A DNA stretch of 64,000 nucleotides from a virus. The DNA is taken from positions 15,699 to 79,698 of IMG/VR virus record IMGVR_UViG_3300022562_000124. The stretch is one strand, 5' to 3'. The notes beneath the pieces are model-generated. The model saw only the letters and a program-made list of their open reading frames with translations. It ran no database searches and was not told the DNA's origin. The position numbers and the translations under genes are program-made. Below, piece after piece: positions 51,037 to 61,100 of the stretch; position 1 is the stretch's first letter, and each line of letters begins with the position of its first letter.

Positions 51037-51044
51037 TATTTATA
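51037..51044 (-). promoter_or_regulatory. T4-type late promoter TATAAATA for fibre-adhesin-sulfotransferase-heme oxygenase operon
   Basis: Exact match overlapping upstream stop. Confidence 0.75.
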
Positions 51045-51477
51045 GTATGGTGAATTCTTCTCTTTGATTTATAATATAAGAGAAATGAGCAACAGCGTGA
51101 TTGGCAGATGGGTTTGTATTTGATGGTACGCTTACTTCTAGGACTTCACCAGAAAGCATGACTTGACGATCAAAGCCAATGCTTAGGAAGTCGTTGCGAG
51201 GTACGGGGGTTTCTTCAAGAATTGAGTAGTATGAATTATCAGTACCTTTAATTCTTGCTGAAACTTTAATTGTAGTATTTGCCACGTTTGAAATTGTGAG
51301 ACCTGTCATAATACAAGCCGCATTGACACCACGACCCGGAATAGGACCATTCTCTGGAATCCAATAAGCAGGTACGGTGACGAGTTCAAACCATGCATTT
51401 CCCTGAAGCTGCTTACGAGTAACTTCAAAAAGATTTAGTGGTGGTCTTGGTGTAATAGTATTTGCCGCTAGTGCCAA
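51040..51477 (-). CDS. Small adaptor-like structural protein, paralog of 34447..34911
   Basis: Shared motifs and cassette position; TTG start with AGGAGG RBS. Confidence 0.65.
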   Translation of the reverse strand: MALAANTITPRPPLNLFEVTRKQLQGNAWFELVTVPAYWIPENGPIPGRGVNAACIMTGLTISNVANTTIKVSARIKGTDNSYYSILEETPVPRNDFLSIGFDRQVMLSGEVLEVSVPSNTNPSANHAVAHFSYIINQREEFTIL

Positions 51478-51478
51478 T

Positions 51479-53485
51479 TTAGCCTCCTATGCCGATAATA
51501 AGTGGAAGGACGATATTCTGTACACCACGAGAGAATGCCTGTCCTTCAATAGTGCTTCTTTCGAAATCAACTCTCAAGTCTTCGCCAAGATATGTGTCGC
51601 CCTGTTCTGTATTGAATGTAGCGTAGATGACACCGCCCTTTGACTTATATAGATTTGTCGTAGGATCGGTTGGTGTACCTGACGCTCTCTGACCAAATGG
51701 CAACGCATTGTAGTTGACACCGGAACCAGCATATGAGAACTGGTGAGAAGCAGCTTCGATCTTTGATTGGAATACTGTAGTGTATGATAGTGGATTTTCG
51801 ACAACATCAATAGCGAGATTGAAAATGCTGTCAATAAATGTGTTTGCGTCTACTTCAGGTTCTGTTACAAGAGTTGTTCTATACTGAAGTTCATTGCGAA
51901 TCTCATTCCAACTCTGAGTAAAGTATGGCAATAGTGCAGAATCAAATACTAGCACAGAGTTTGCACTGTATTCATTTGCTGTATTCGCAGTGAATAGACT
52001 TTGTGTCCAGAAAATAAGACCCTTGTCCTGACCAGCAATAAGGTCATCAGCGGTCTCATTAAGAATTGTGTATGTGTCTCTGGTTGCCAGATTAGATAGA
52101 GCAGGATTGCTTCCGATAGTAGCATTCCAGTTTGTGATTGATGGATAGCGAACAGTTACTAGCTGATCTACGATATCATCAATGTTATTCTTGATGTATG
52201 TACCAACGTTTTCGCACTGGAAAATATTATCACGGCCAACACCCGGAACACGAACAGCGTATCTAAATCCAGTTGAAGCAAATGCGTAGTCACCAAAGGT
52301 TGCGTTAGAGTTAACGATAGTTGCCTGACCGCCAGCGTGTGCCCATACCCCAACACGTGACCAGTTGGTAAAGATGGAAACCAACTGTACAATAGCGTTT
52401 TCTACGATAGCATAACCAATGCCGTTTGGATTGACAGCAGTGAAGGAGTCAACGACTACAGAGCGAAGTGGTGAGTCTGGATCGCACACAGAACCATCAG
52501 CATACAAGTTACCGCCTGTCATAGGGACAAGTGGATTTCCAGTATCTCTATCCTGTGGAGCAGACATTTCTTGATATGTCAAATTATGTAGAACTGCACA
52601 GTCACCAATATATGGGGATCGTGTAATGTACGCACCCGGTTTAAATGCGAATGCATATCCCTTCTTAGGTGGACCGTATTCTAATGAACCTTGATATGTG
52701 TCAAGCCATGACTGTTCATGTCTTAATCCAGTAAGCGTAAGACCACGAATCTTACAACCAGAATTTAGAAGGAACATATTGTTCTCTTCAAAACCTTCTG
52801 CTATACGTACCTTGGTGACACGTGCATCATAGCCGTAGAGACAAACTCTTTCTGGGATTTCTGTTTCTGGTGCTACTTCATATTCGCCGGGATGAACGAT
52901 GACCACACAAGGTCCTTCGCCATCAGTATGTACAAGAGTATTAGCAGCAGCCAGCGCAGCACCAATTGTCTGGAATGGCTTGTATATAGAACGGCCATTG
53001 TTGTCATCATTTCCGCCCATGGAAACGTAGAAAGTGCGCTCTACGTTCTTTCTAGGTGTAACCTGAGCAACAAGAGTAGGAATGATACCAGTGTTTGACC
53101 ATGTTGCAGACACATTATTGTAGTAGTAATAGTCGTTGTTTACTACAACAGGATCATTATATACGAAACCAAGAGCATTATTTTGTGAAGTTGTGTTAGC
53201 TGCAAGCAGAACAGTGTTAGCCGCAATAACATCGACATGTGATAGACCAGCCGCTGAAAGTGCAGTGATTGACTCTTCTAGATTATTGACACGAGGAATG
53301 TCAAGAGAACCCACAACGATTTCACCAAGCTTATTGATCGTGAATTCACTAAGACCGTTTCTCTTCAAATCAAGTAGAAGAGAAGAAACGTCTGAGTTAA
53401 CGTCGAATGTGTTCATCTTAATAGAGGTATACTGAATCGCAGAATCGATCCATGTATCCGTCATATTGTAAATTTTAGTTGACAC
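51479..53485 (-). CDS. Virion structural beta-helix protein with one phycobiliprotein-like helical domain, paralog of 34912..38214
   Basis: FYVS..G.D.N.G.S....F.TI, PG.Y, AF.F.PG..I.RSPY..C, ATRD-x14-GQ, C-terminal H.F.Y.GSG..Y.ALP...G....G.I.G..F. Confidence 0.8.
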   Translation of the reverse strand: MSTKIYNMTDTWIDSAIQYTSIKMNTFDVNSDVSSLLLDLKRNGLSEFTINKLGEIVVGSLDIPRVNNLEESITALSAAGLSHVDVIAANTVLLAANTTSQNNALGFVYNDPVVVNNDYYYYNNVSATWSNTGIIPTLVAQVTPRKNVERTFYVSMGGNDDNNGRSIYKPFQTIGAALAAANTLVHTDGEGPCVVIVHPGEYEVAPETEIPERVCLYGYDARVTKVRIAEGFEENNMFLLNSGCKIRGLTLTGLRHEQSWLDTYQGSLEYGPPKKGYAFAFKPGAYITRSPYIGDCAVLHNLTYQEMSAPQDRDTGNPLVPMTGGNLYADGSVCDPDSPLRSVVVDSFTAVNPNGIGYAIVENAIVQLVSIFTNWSRVGVWAHAGGQATIVNSNATFGDYAFASTGFRYAVRVPGVGRDNIFQCENVGTYIKNNIDDIVDQLVTVRYPSITNWNATIGSNPALSNLATRDTYTILNETADDLIAGQDKGLIFWTQSLFTANTANEYSANSVLVFDSALLPYFTQSWNEIRNELQYRTTLVTEPEVDANTFIDSIFNLAIDVVENPLSYTTVFQSKIEAASHQFSYAGSGVNYNALPFGQRASGTPTDPTTNLYKSKGGVIYATFNTEQGDTYLGEDLRVDFERSTIEGQAFSRGVQNIVLPLIIGIGG

Positions 53486-53514
53486 TCGTTATATCCTCTG
53501 TTATGATACTTTAT

Positions 53515-53522
53515 TATTTATT
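53515..53522 (-). promoter_or_regulatory. Variant late promoter AATAAATA
   Basis: One mismatch; upstream of 53485 start. Confidence 0.45.
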
Positions 53523-53886
53523 ATTCAGATGGTGGCGTTGGCCAAACAACATCTTCAGGATTTTTAAACTTTTGTGGAAGTTCACGAAGTTCTTTACGAT
53601 AATTAAACCACGCAACTTTATTACCCGGCCAATCTAGAAGCTGAGTATAATCGGTGTTCTTCAGAAGAGTATTTCTCTTTGCTCTGATCGATTCCCATGT
53701 TGGTTTAGCTGGTGCCTTATCGACAATTACATATCTACCATCTTCTACAATAACATCTTTTCCACCGTTCAATGCCTGTAGAAGCATTTCATGCTCATTG
53801 TCTGTGATTTCGATCACATCATTCGGGATGTTTTTATTAATAGCAGAATTGTAAAATGATTTGGTACTCGGACTGTAAAGATACAT
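53521..53886 (-). CDS. Tail fibre assembly chaperone
   Basis: YS.ST..FY...IP.D..EI...EH..LL; IR..RN.LL..TD.TQL.D...W..YR..LR.LPQ...P..V.WP.PP. Confidence 0.88.
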   Translation of the reverse strand: MYLYSPSTKSFYNSAINKNIPNDVIEITDNEHEMLLQALNGGKDVIVEDGRYVIVDKAPAKPTWESIRAKRNTLLKNTDYTQLLDWPGNKVAWFNYRKELRELPQKFKNPEDVVWPTPPSE

Positions 53887-53888
53887 TG

Positions 53889-55271
53889 TTATCTTCCTAT
53901 TGCAATATAATAACCGGGGGAAGCATCGCCACCACCATCAGAAGAATTGTGATAAAATGTACAACCAGAATTACTCAAGAAATATACTTGCATCCAGTAG
54001 TCATTTTCATTACTTGCGTTGCTGTTGATTGTTGTCGCAACACAAGAAAATACTTGATTAAATGTTAATGGAAATGTAACCGAACTTGTAGTTTCGCCAA
54101 ATGTGGCTGGCACAGAACCCCACTGGATAATCAGACCATTAGGAAGAACGGTGAATCCGCTTTGAACCAGAAGCGACTTGTCGATTCCAGTGAAGTCAGA
54201 TAGAGTCAATACCTTTTGACCACCAGCATAAATTTCGTTGGCAGTTTCTATTGTACCGTTGCTTTTTAGACGGATTACTGAATTGCCTGTTTTATTGCCG
54301 CTGTAAATAGCGATACCTTCGGCAAATCTAAATGAACCGTATCCGTTATTAAGATCGACAAAATCACCGTCATCAGAAAGAACCAAACCACCACCGGCTG
54401 TGTTGTCTGTGTTGATTGTGAGACTGCCGGTTATGGACTGACTACCTTTCCATGTCCATCTACCAGTACTGTCAACCGCAGCATAGCCATATTCAACTGT
54501 ACCTGCTTGGTTGGTGAACTGTAGTGAACCCCTTCCTGTGCCACGAGCACGGATTCTAAACGCACCTGTTGTATTTGTGGTGCCGTCACCCGGAGTTAGT
54601 GCTTCAACGTTACCCGCCGTCTTGATACCACCTGAAGTGATTTCAAAAGATGCGTCACCAGTTAGTTTATACGAGGTAGCTGTTGAGGTCGTAAAGTTAC
54701 CAGTGTTTGCAGTAACCTTACCAATTGCGCCGGGACTTTCCCAATCGAAACCTTTAAGGGTATTGACTGTTGTGATCTGGGATGATACGAATGCAGTATT
54801 AACAGAAACACCACGGCTGTCAACAACAATACCGTCACCCGCTCTGACTCTTAGAGTACCAGTTGAAGTGATTGGACCGCCAATAAGGCCAGCACCATTA
54901 GCAACATAGCTAACGGTACCAGTACCCGGAGCAGTTGTCCAAGAAAGATGTGTGCCATTTGAAGTTAGGTATTGACCACCAGCCGCACCTGTGGTACCAC
55001 CAGCAACAAGCAAAGCGGTAGGATTGACTACAATATGTGTAGCGTTTGATTGAAAAGATGTGAAGTTGACATTACTAGCAGCAAGACTAGTTGCAGTAAA
55101 CTGACCAAACAGACGGGAATTCTTGGGAGCAGCTTGTGAACCCGTAATACCTAGAGTAGAGTTTGCAGTGATTACGTCAGTATTGAGAATATCAATAATG
55201 TCGTTTGTGCGGAGAACCCATGTCTGAAAGGTATCGGTTAGAATATCTACATTGGCGATTTGTTTAGCCAT
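53889..55271 (-). CDS. Short tail fibre protein
   Basis: N-terminal DTF..W..RTN, C-terminal G...LPNGLIIQWG...VTFP..F...YYIAIG; followed by assembly chaperone. Confidence 0.82.
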   Translation of the reverse strand: MAKQIANVDILTDTFQTWVLRTNDIIDILNTDVITANSTLGITGSQAAPKNSRLFGQFTATSLAASNVNFTSFQSNATHIVVNPTALLVAGGTTGAAGGQYLTSNGTHLSWTTAPGTGTVSYVANGAGLIGGPITSTGTLRVRAGDGIVVDSRGVSVNTAFVSSQITTVNTLKGFDWESPGAIGKVTANTGNFTTSTATSYKLTGDASFEITSGGIKTAGNVEALTPGDGTTNTTGAFRIRARGTGRGSLQFTNQAGTVEYGYAAVDSTGRWTWKGSQSITGSLTINTDNTAGGGLVLSDDGDFVDLNNGYGSFRFAEGIAIYSGNKTGNSVIRLKSNGTIETANEIYAGGQKVLTLSDFTGIDKSLLVQSGFTVLPNGLIIQWGSVPATFGETTSSVTFPLTFNQVFSCVATTINSNASNENDYWMQVYFLSNSGCTFYHNSSDGGGDASPGYYIAIGR

Positions 55272-55458
55272 AATTTTTTCCGTTTATAACCTTTTGCAAA
55301 AGTGATTTAATTTGTGCCAATTCATCGCGCACTTCGTCCAATTGTTCTTCAACTTCTCTGCATTTTCTTTGCTGTTCACGCCTTAGAAGAATTGAACGAT
55401 AATGACTATCGTCTGTATTTATAACTGCATTGGAACGAGTGTCGCGTATGTATGTCAT
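55264..55458 (-). CDS. Small conserved coiled-coil protein
   Basis: RD..S.A.IN.D...Y...EL..IKSLL; follows VrlC-like genes. Confidence 0.7.
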   Translation of the reverse strand: MTYIRDTRSNAVINTDDSHYRSILLRREQQRKCREVEEQLDEVRDELAQIKSLLQKVINGKNYG

Positions 55459-58118
55459 GCAGATACCCCTAGGACTTCAATCTGATCGATTCTTGGTACC
55501 TTGTAAGAATTATCGGCAAGGAACACGATCTTAACTTGCATAGAATCGAATGTATCGAATTCTGCGCGGGTTGAGTTAAAGTAACGAGCAACATTTGAAT
55601 TGTTGACGTTATTGAATGCTACTGTTGGATACTTGAGCTTGTCGATGACCATGCCAGTACCAGCGATGTTATTGGTTTCAATTGTTCCGCCGATAACGAT
55701 ATGTGTTGCGTTTGCAGACTCTACGCTGGCTACCTGATAGCTATCATTAGGGAATAGCGGATTGTAGATTTTAATTACATCTTCAGCCGCCAGCCATGTT
55801 GATGGCACGGTTAGAGTAGTATCCGCCGCTGCAATTGTGTTTGTTCCAAATGCAGTTACGAATGTACCGGGTAGTGTATTCGCAGTTTCAGTGAATGAAG
55901 GTAGACCTAGCTCGAATTCGATGAAGTCGTTCTCGTCCTGAAGTGATGAATACTTGTTTGCATTTGAAACATACTCAAGTGGGGACCATGCCTTATCGTC
56001 AAATGCTTCTGGGTCTTTTGAGTTGTGGACTCTTGCATATACCTTGATATCTGTGCCAAGTGGACGATATGCTACCATGAACATGCGAACATCTTCTGCA
56101 AATCTACCGTTTGAGAATGTTACCTTGGTTGTGATATGCTTTGATCTTGCAGTGCCATTGCCCGCAACTTCAGTGTCGAGACCGCCAACAATATGGCTAG
56201 AAGTGTTTGACACCTTATTCTGAATTGAATAAAGGTCAAGCATTGAGTCTTCTAGAGTTGGTGACTGATAGATAGAACCATCACCAAACACAGTATAGTC
56301 AGCTTCGATCTTGAGTGACTTATTGTTGATCAATAGGTCTGTATTGGAATACAGCGAACCATTCTGAACTTCATTTGATCTTGAAAGAATCTGAGCATCA
56401 AAGTTTGTTAGGTTGTAAACTGTTCCATTATTAATCTTTACCTTTTCGGCATTGCTTTCACTGAAGGCATAGTTTCCACCTGAGAGCGCAGCAGCTTTTA
56501 ATGTTGTGTCGATTGCACCAGCCGCAGGAACACGAACATTGCCTCTTAACTTTACTCTATCGATAGTAATGTTGTCAATAGAAGCGATTGTTGTGGTTGC
56601 GTTGGAGTCGGTTCCCTTGACAACACCACCAACATTAAAGTATACTGTGTTAGCAGTTGAGTTGCTTAGGTATAGCTTATTGTTAACTGGATCGTTCTTG
56701 TATACCTGTCCAACAACAGTATCGGCAATAAATCCGCCTAATGTGTTGCTGAATTTAATTAGTGAGTTGACAGATATTGAAGTGCTGTTGATTACCTCGG
56801 TGACACTTACGATCTGTGAGTTTCCGCCGTTCAATAGAACAATTTCGCTGCCCACTGGAATGGTGTCAAATGCAGTGCCAGTACCGACGATAGTGTTTGC
56901 ACCCTTAACAAGATTAAGGGCACCACCTGTCTGATCCTTGACCTGATAGACGTACTCACCAGACAGGAAGTTGCCGCTTGTTCCTGATACGGTAAGGAAT
57001 TCATAGTTCTTATTGACAAAGATTTTCTTGTCATTCTGTACGATATACTTTGCAGCACGAATATTAAATTTGATATCAGTGTCTGACATAGAGTTGTATA
57101 CGCCAGATGTGTTATGATAATAAAGCTTGCCGTCCTTGTTTGAGTTTACACCCGGTGAAGGAACGTTTGTACCAACAAGTCTATCGCCTGTCTTGTTAAC
57201 CCATACTTCATAACCGGGGTCTTCAAGCATAACGACAATACCGTAGAACTTTCCTGTTGATAGCTTCAATGGTTCCTTGAATCCGAATACGGTAGGAGTA
57301 GAAGCATCAGCAAAGGAATAGATCATGCTGTAGTCTTTGTATGACACAGACTTTGAATATGTTTTTGTTAAATTTGGTTGATCGTTCTCTACCTCACAGA
57401 TAGCAATAGCGACACCAGCATTTGGATTGCCGGATGCATTGTTTGTCTGACTTGGCTTCTTTTTAAAGAAGATTTCAACGGAAGTCAACCCAACTTCGCT
57501 TGAATTATTGATAATTTCTGGGTCAGCATAGAATGTCTGTACCATTGAGAAGTTTGGTGGTGTGAAGAACGGTCCTTGCATCGAAGCATTCTTGACTTCT
57601 GTGTATGATACTTTAGAGGCAACACCAGTTGGGTTTGGAGTTTTCTTGACAAGAACTGTAGGCTCTTCAAATGCGTATCTTGGAAGTGCAAGCGCAACAG
57701 TTGCAACAGATGTATTGTCGGGGGATGAGACGGTAAGGACATTCTTACCAGCAACTAATGATGCGAGTGCAGCAGCACGTTCAACAGGTGTAGTAGGAAT
57801 AATAGAAGCACGGTAATAAAACACGAATTTAACCACGCCAGTATTCCAGAATGGAGCACCGTATGTGATCAGACCTTCGCCTAAGTTTCTGCCTTCCTGC
57901 TTACACATGGAAGTAACATCAATGCCGTTTAGGTATACTCTGTGAATTGTCCCCGGCTTTAGACCACGAACTTCAAGAGCAAATGCCTGTTCAGCACTAA
58001 TGTACTTCTGCCAATCAGCAACCGCAACTGGAAACGCAATAGGAATACTGCCACCAGCAGTGCCCATACTGGTTGCATATCTTAATGATTGGTCTAGAAT
58101 GTATGGAATGTATGGCAC
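55455..58118 (-). CDS. Baseplate/tail-associated structural protein (C-terminal half of VrlC-like protein)
   Basis: GLKP.T.H..Y, QTF, .FFKKK, D.KF.I.AAK, EFE, F.TFD..Q.KIV......VPRI..I; GTG start. Confidence 0.75.
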   Translation of the reverse strand: MPYIPYILDQSLRYATSMGTAGGSIPIAFPVAVADWQKYISAEQAFALEVRGLKPGTIHRVYLNGIDVTSMCKQEGRNLGEGLITYGAPFWNTGVVKFVFYYRASIIPTTPVERAAALASLVAGKNVLTVSSPDNTSVATVALALPRYAFEEPTVLVKKTPNPTGVASKVSYTEVKNASMQGPFFTPPNFSMVQTFYADPEIINNSSEVGLTSVEIFFKKKPSQTNNASGNPNAGVAIAICEVENDQPNLTKTYSKSVSYKDYSMIYSFADASTPTVFGFKEPLKLSTGKFYGIVVMLEDPGYEVWVNKTGDRLVGTNVPSPGVNSNKDGKLYYHNTSGVYNSMSDTDIKFNIRAAKYIVQNDKKIFVNKNYEFLTVSGTSGNFLSGEYVYQVKDQTGGALNLVKGANTIVGTGTAFDTIPVGSEIVLLNGGNSQIVSVTEVINSTSISVNSLIKFSNTLGGFIADTVVGQVYKNDPVNNKLYLSNSTANTVYFNVGGVVKGTDSNATTTIASIDNITIDRVKLRGNVRVPAAGAIDTTLKAAALSGGNYAFSESNAEKVKINNGTVYNLTNFDAQILSRSNEVQNGSLYSNTDLLINNKSLKIEADYTVFGDGSIYQSPTLEDSMLDLYSIQNKVSNTSSHIVGGLDTEVAGNGTARSKHITTKVTFSNGRFAEDVRMFMVAYRPLGTDIKVYARVHNSKDPEAFDDKAWSPLEYVSNANKYSSLQDENDFIEFELGLPSFTETANTLPGTFVTAFGTNTIAAADTTLTVPSTWLAAEDVIKIYNPLFPNDSYQVASVESANATHIVIGGTIETNNIAGTGMVIDKLKYPTVAFNNVNNSNVARYFNSTRAEFDTFDSMQVKIVFLADNSYKVPRIDQIEVLGVSA

Positions 58119-58131
58119 TTATATTATCCCC

Positions 58132-61100
58132 TTAAAATAGTCTTTCATTCAAGTCTAGCACAATACCATTGTATGCTAGGCGATAGTTTGTAGTTACGTT
58201 TGGCGCAACAGTGTTTAGAGCAGTATCGGTTGGATAGAATAGCTTATATCCGAATGTACCTGCCTTACCCTGTCCACCAAAGAATCCACCATGGCGACCA
58301 CCCTTATAGACTCTCACCTTGACATACTGGCCCAAATCTGGATTGTGTGTCCAGAATAGCTTGAATTGGTCTTCAAGCCATGTGCCCCATGTTGTGCCAA
58401 GTGGTGATGACTTTCTTTCTAGGCTACCCTGATGCTCAATCTTAGTATTATTTAGAGTACCTAGTTGCTTAGTAAATACGTCTGCACTTGTGATTGCTAG
58501 TGCGTCTCTACTTGCGGCGACCTGAGACCACGGACCTTCTGGTGAAGCTGCCTGTAGGATTTCACAACCAACCCAATTGTCTCTGGAATTAATATAGAAT
58601 TCACAAGGTCCAGCAGAAGCGGAGAAGGTGTAGTAGAATTCTTCGTAAATGTTACCAGAGTCGGAACGATTTTTGTTTCTTTCGCTCTGGACAACAGATA
58701 CGATTGTCTGTACATATGTGTTTACAGTTTCAGCAGTTAGCGCACCATCGGTTGCTCTTGACTGACCGACAAACAGAATGTCAGTGAATGGAAGAGTAGG
58801 ATCGTTATCGCCAGATGTTGACATACCGATATTTAATTCATCGACTAATGGTGATAGATAGCCATCAACGATTGTCGCTGAATATGCAGGATTTGAAATG
58901 TCTGCATACTTATAGTCTTCGAAGCCATCTACAAAGAAACCAAACTTGAAGCGATCAGCACCATCATAACCCGGAATTGAACGCTTCTGTGCTAGTGTTT
59001 CTGTTAGTGTTAATGAAGTGTAATATTCAAGATCAGCAATTCTTCTTTCAAGCTGTCCAATCTCTTGCATTGTGTAACCACGTGGCTGTAGAGCAATTCT
59101 TTGTGAAGCATCTACAGGAGTGCTAATGCGATAGTTATTGAGACGTTGTGTTGTGTACTTTTCATTTGCAACCTTGGTATCGATGTACTTGGTTGTTTCT
59201 GAAGAAAGTGAGAATGGCTGTGATGGGTATGGCGGAATCTGCAACAGATTAATTGTCAGTGCATTTTCAGGAGCCGGTGGAGCTTCTGTGCTGCCCGGTG
59301 TGCCCTTGATTACTCTAAACTGGTTGGACTCGTCAATGATGACACGATCAACACGGCCCTGATAGTAATTAATTGTCGCTGACAATTCTGAATCAGGAGC
59401 AGGGAACTTCTTATCATTTACAGAGAAGAAACCGGCATATGTCTGGTCTGTTGGGTTTAGTGGAACACCAACAGTTGGGTTCGCAGAAGGAACTACGGTG
59501 CCATTTGCATTTGGACGTAGGTCAAACTGGTCTCTTAGATCGTAGTAATTTCCTCTTGTACCATATACTTCAGGAATTTCAAGAGTGTTGACTGTTGTTG
59601 TCGCTGAGTCTAGAGCAACACCGTCATTGATGTTGTATGTACCAGAACCACCCGGTGCCTTTAGACCTTCTGAGTGTGTGAAGTAATCAAAGTCAACAAG
59701 CAGTCTATCATTGGTGCCAAGGATGGTAGCAGCGTTTGGCTTCTTGTATAGCCATGCAATACCATAGTAGTCTTCGGTCTGATTGTGATCAATGTAGAAG
59801 TCTTGTGTTACGTCTACAACGTCTGGACCTGATGTACCAAATGTGTTATTAGCACCCTTGTATACCTTGTTCAAGCGGAATACGTCACTAACGCCGATTG
59901 GCCATGGACCATCAGCACCAGCAGGGTTTGTGCCAATATGCATACGAACATAGCGGTGTCTGTTTGCAGTCTTAGCTACAGGAGTAATGTTTTCTTCTCT
60001 AACATTAAATGCAACAGAAGTTGATACCTGTCCACTTAAACCAGTTCCAAGATCAATAGTCAATTGATTCTGCGATTCGTTATTGGTAATTGTTCTCTCG
60101 TCACGATCCATTGGGATTGGAACGTTTGCAGGGAAGCCAAGTCTAAATGGTTGTGCAGTAGCATTAAATGTGGAGTTTGCAGTCAATGTAGCGAATGAGT
60201 TGTTCGCAACAGACTTAATCTGCACGTAACCAAGCGCAGCAACATTAATCCAATCACCAGCCTGAATTTCAGAAAGAAACGCACTTGCCGCTGGATTAGA
60301 TGCAACGAATGCATCAGATGTTGTTGAAAGGGTTACTGCACCAGAAAGATCAGTGCTTGCATTGGTATTTGCAAGAGGAACAATGATCAATTCTTTCTTT
60401 TGAGTAGAAGAAAGCTGACCAGTGTATGGGAACTTTTCTGAACCAGCAGATGGAACAGAGAATGTGATTGTACCACCTGTGGTCAAGTCATATGAATTGA
60501 CAGTGCGGTAGATGTATGATATTGCAGATGCATTGACAACCGCAGGAGAACCAGAGTAGAAAATTAGGCTTGATGTGGTGTTATCCTTGACAACAGCCTT
60601 ACCATTTTCTAGAACAGCATCAGCAATTGCCTTGTTTGTTCCATCATAGAAAATAGAACGGACAAGGCTGAAGTTCTTACCCGGATTCATCTTAATGTCA
60701 AATAGGTATAGACGATAGACGCAATCAGGGCTACCAGCAACACCAGACTCATATACGATAGAGCGGATACGTGCCTGACCCATAGATGTACCAAGGCTAG
60801 CGGCAGATGGCGTAGCACCGATATTAGTTGTTAGCCATGTACCAGCAGTACCATATAGGTCTACCTTGTCGCCTGTTTTGAAAATGAAGTTACCAGCAAG
60901 TTGCTTTACACGAACATAGTTGCCGTAGTTCATGGAGATATTACCATTGACAATTGACTGAACGTCAGTACCCTTGTCAACAGCAGCTTCATAATTGAAT
61001 AGAGTTTCTACACGGTTGCCGTTGATGTATCCAGCACCCGGATCAATTACGATATTGAACTTTGTTGCTTCGTTATTAAATGTGTTGGCAGACTTTGTGT

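Noticed and set aside
55416-55423. TATAAATA inside the 64-aa gene (also at 62680-62687 inside gp8)
   Set aside because: Intragenic in AT-rich DNA; may be real internal late promoters but cannot be distinguished from chance
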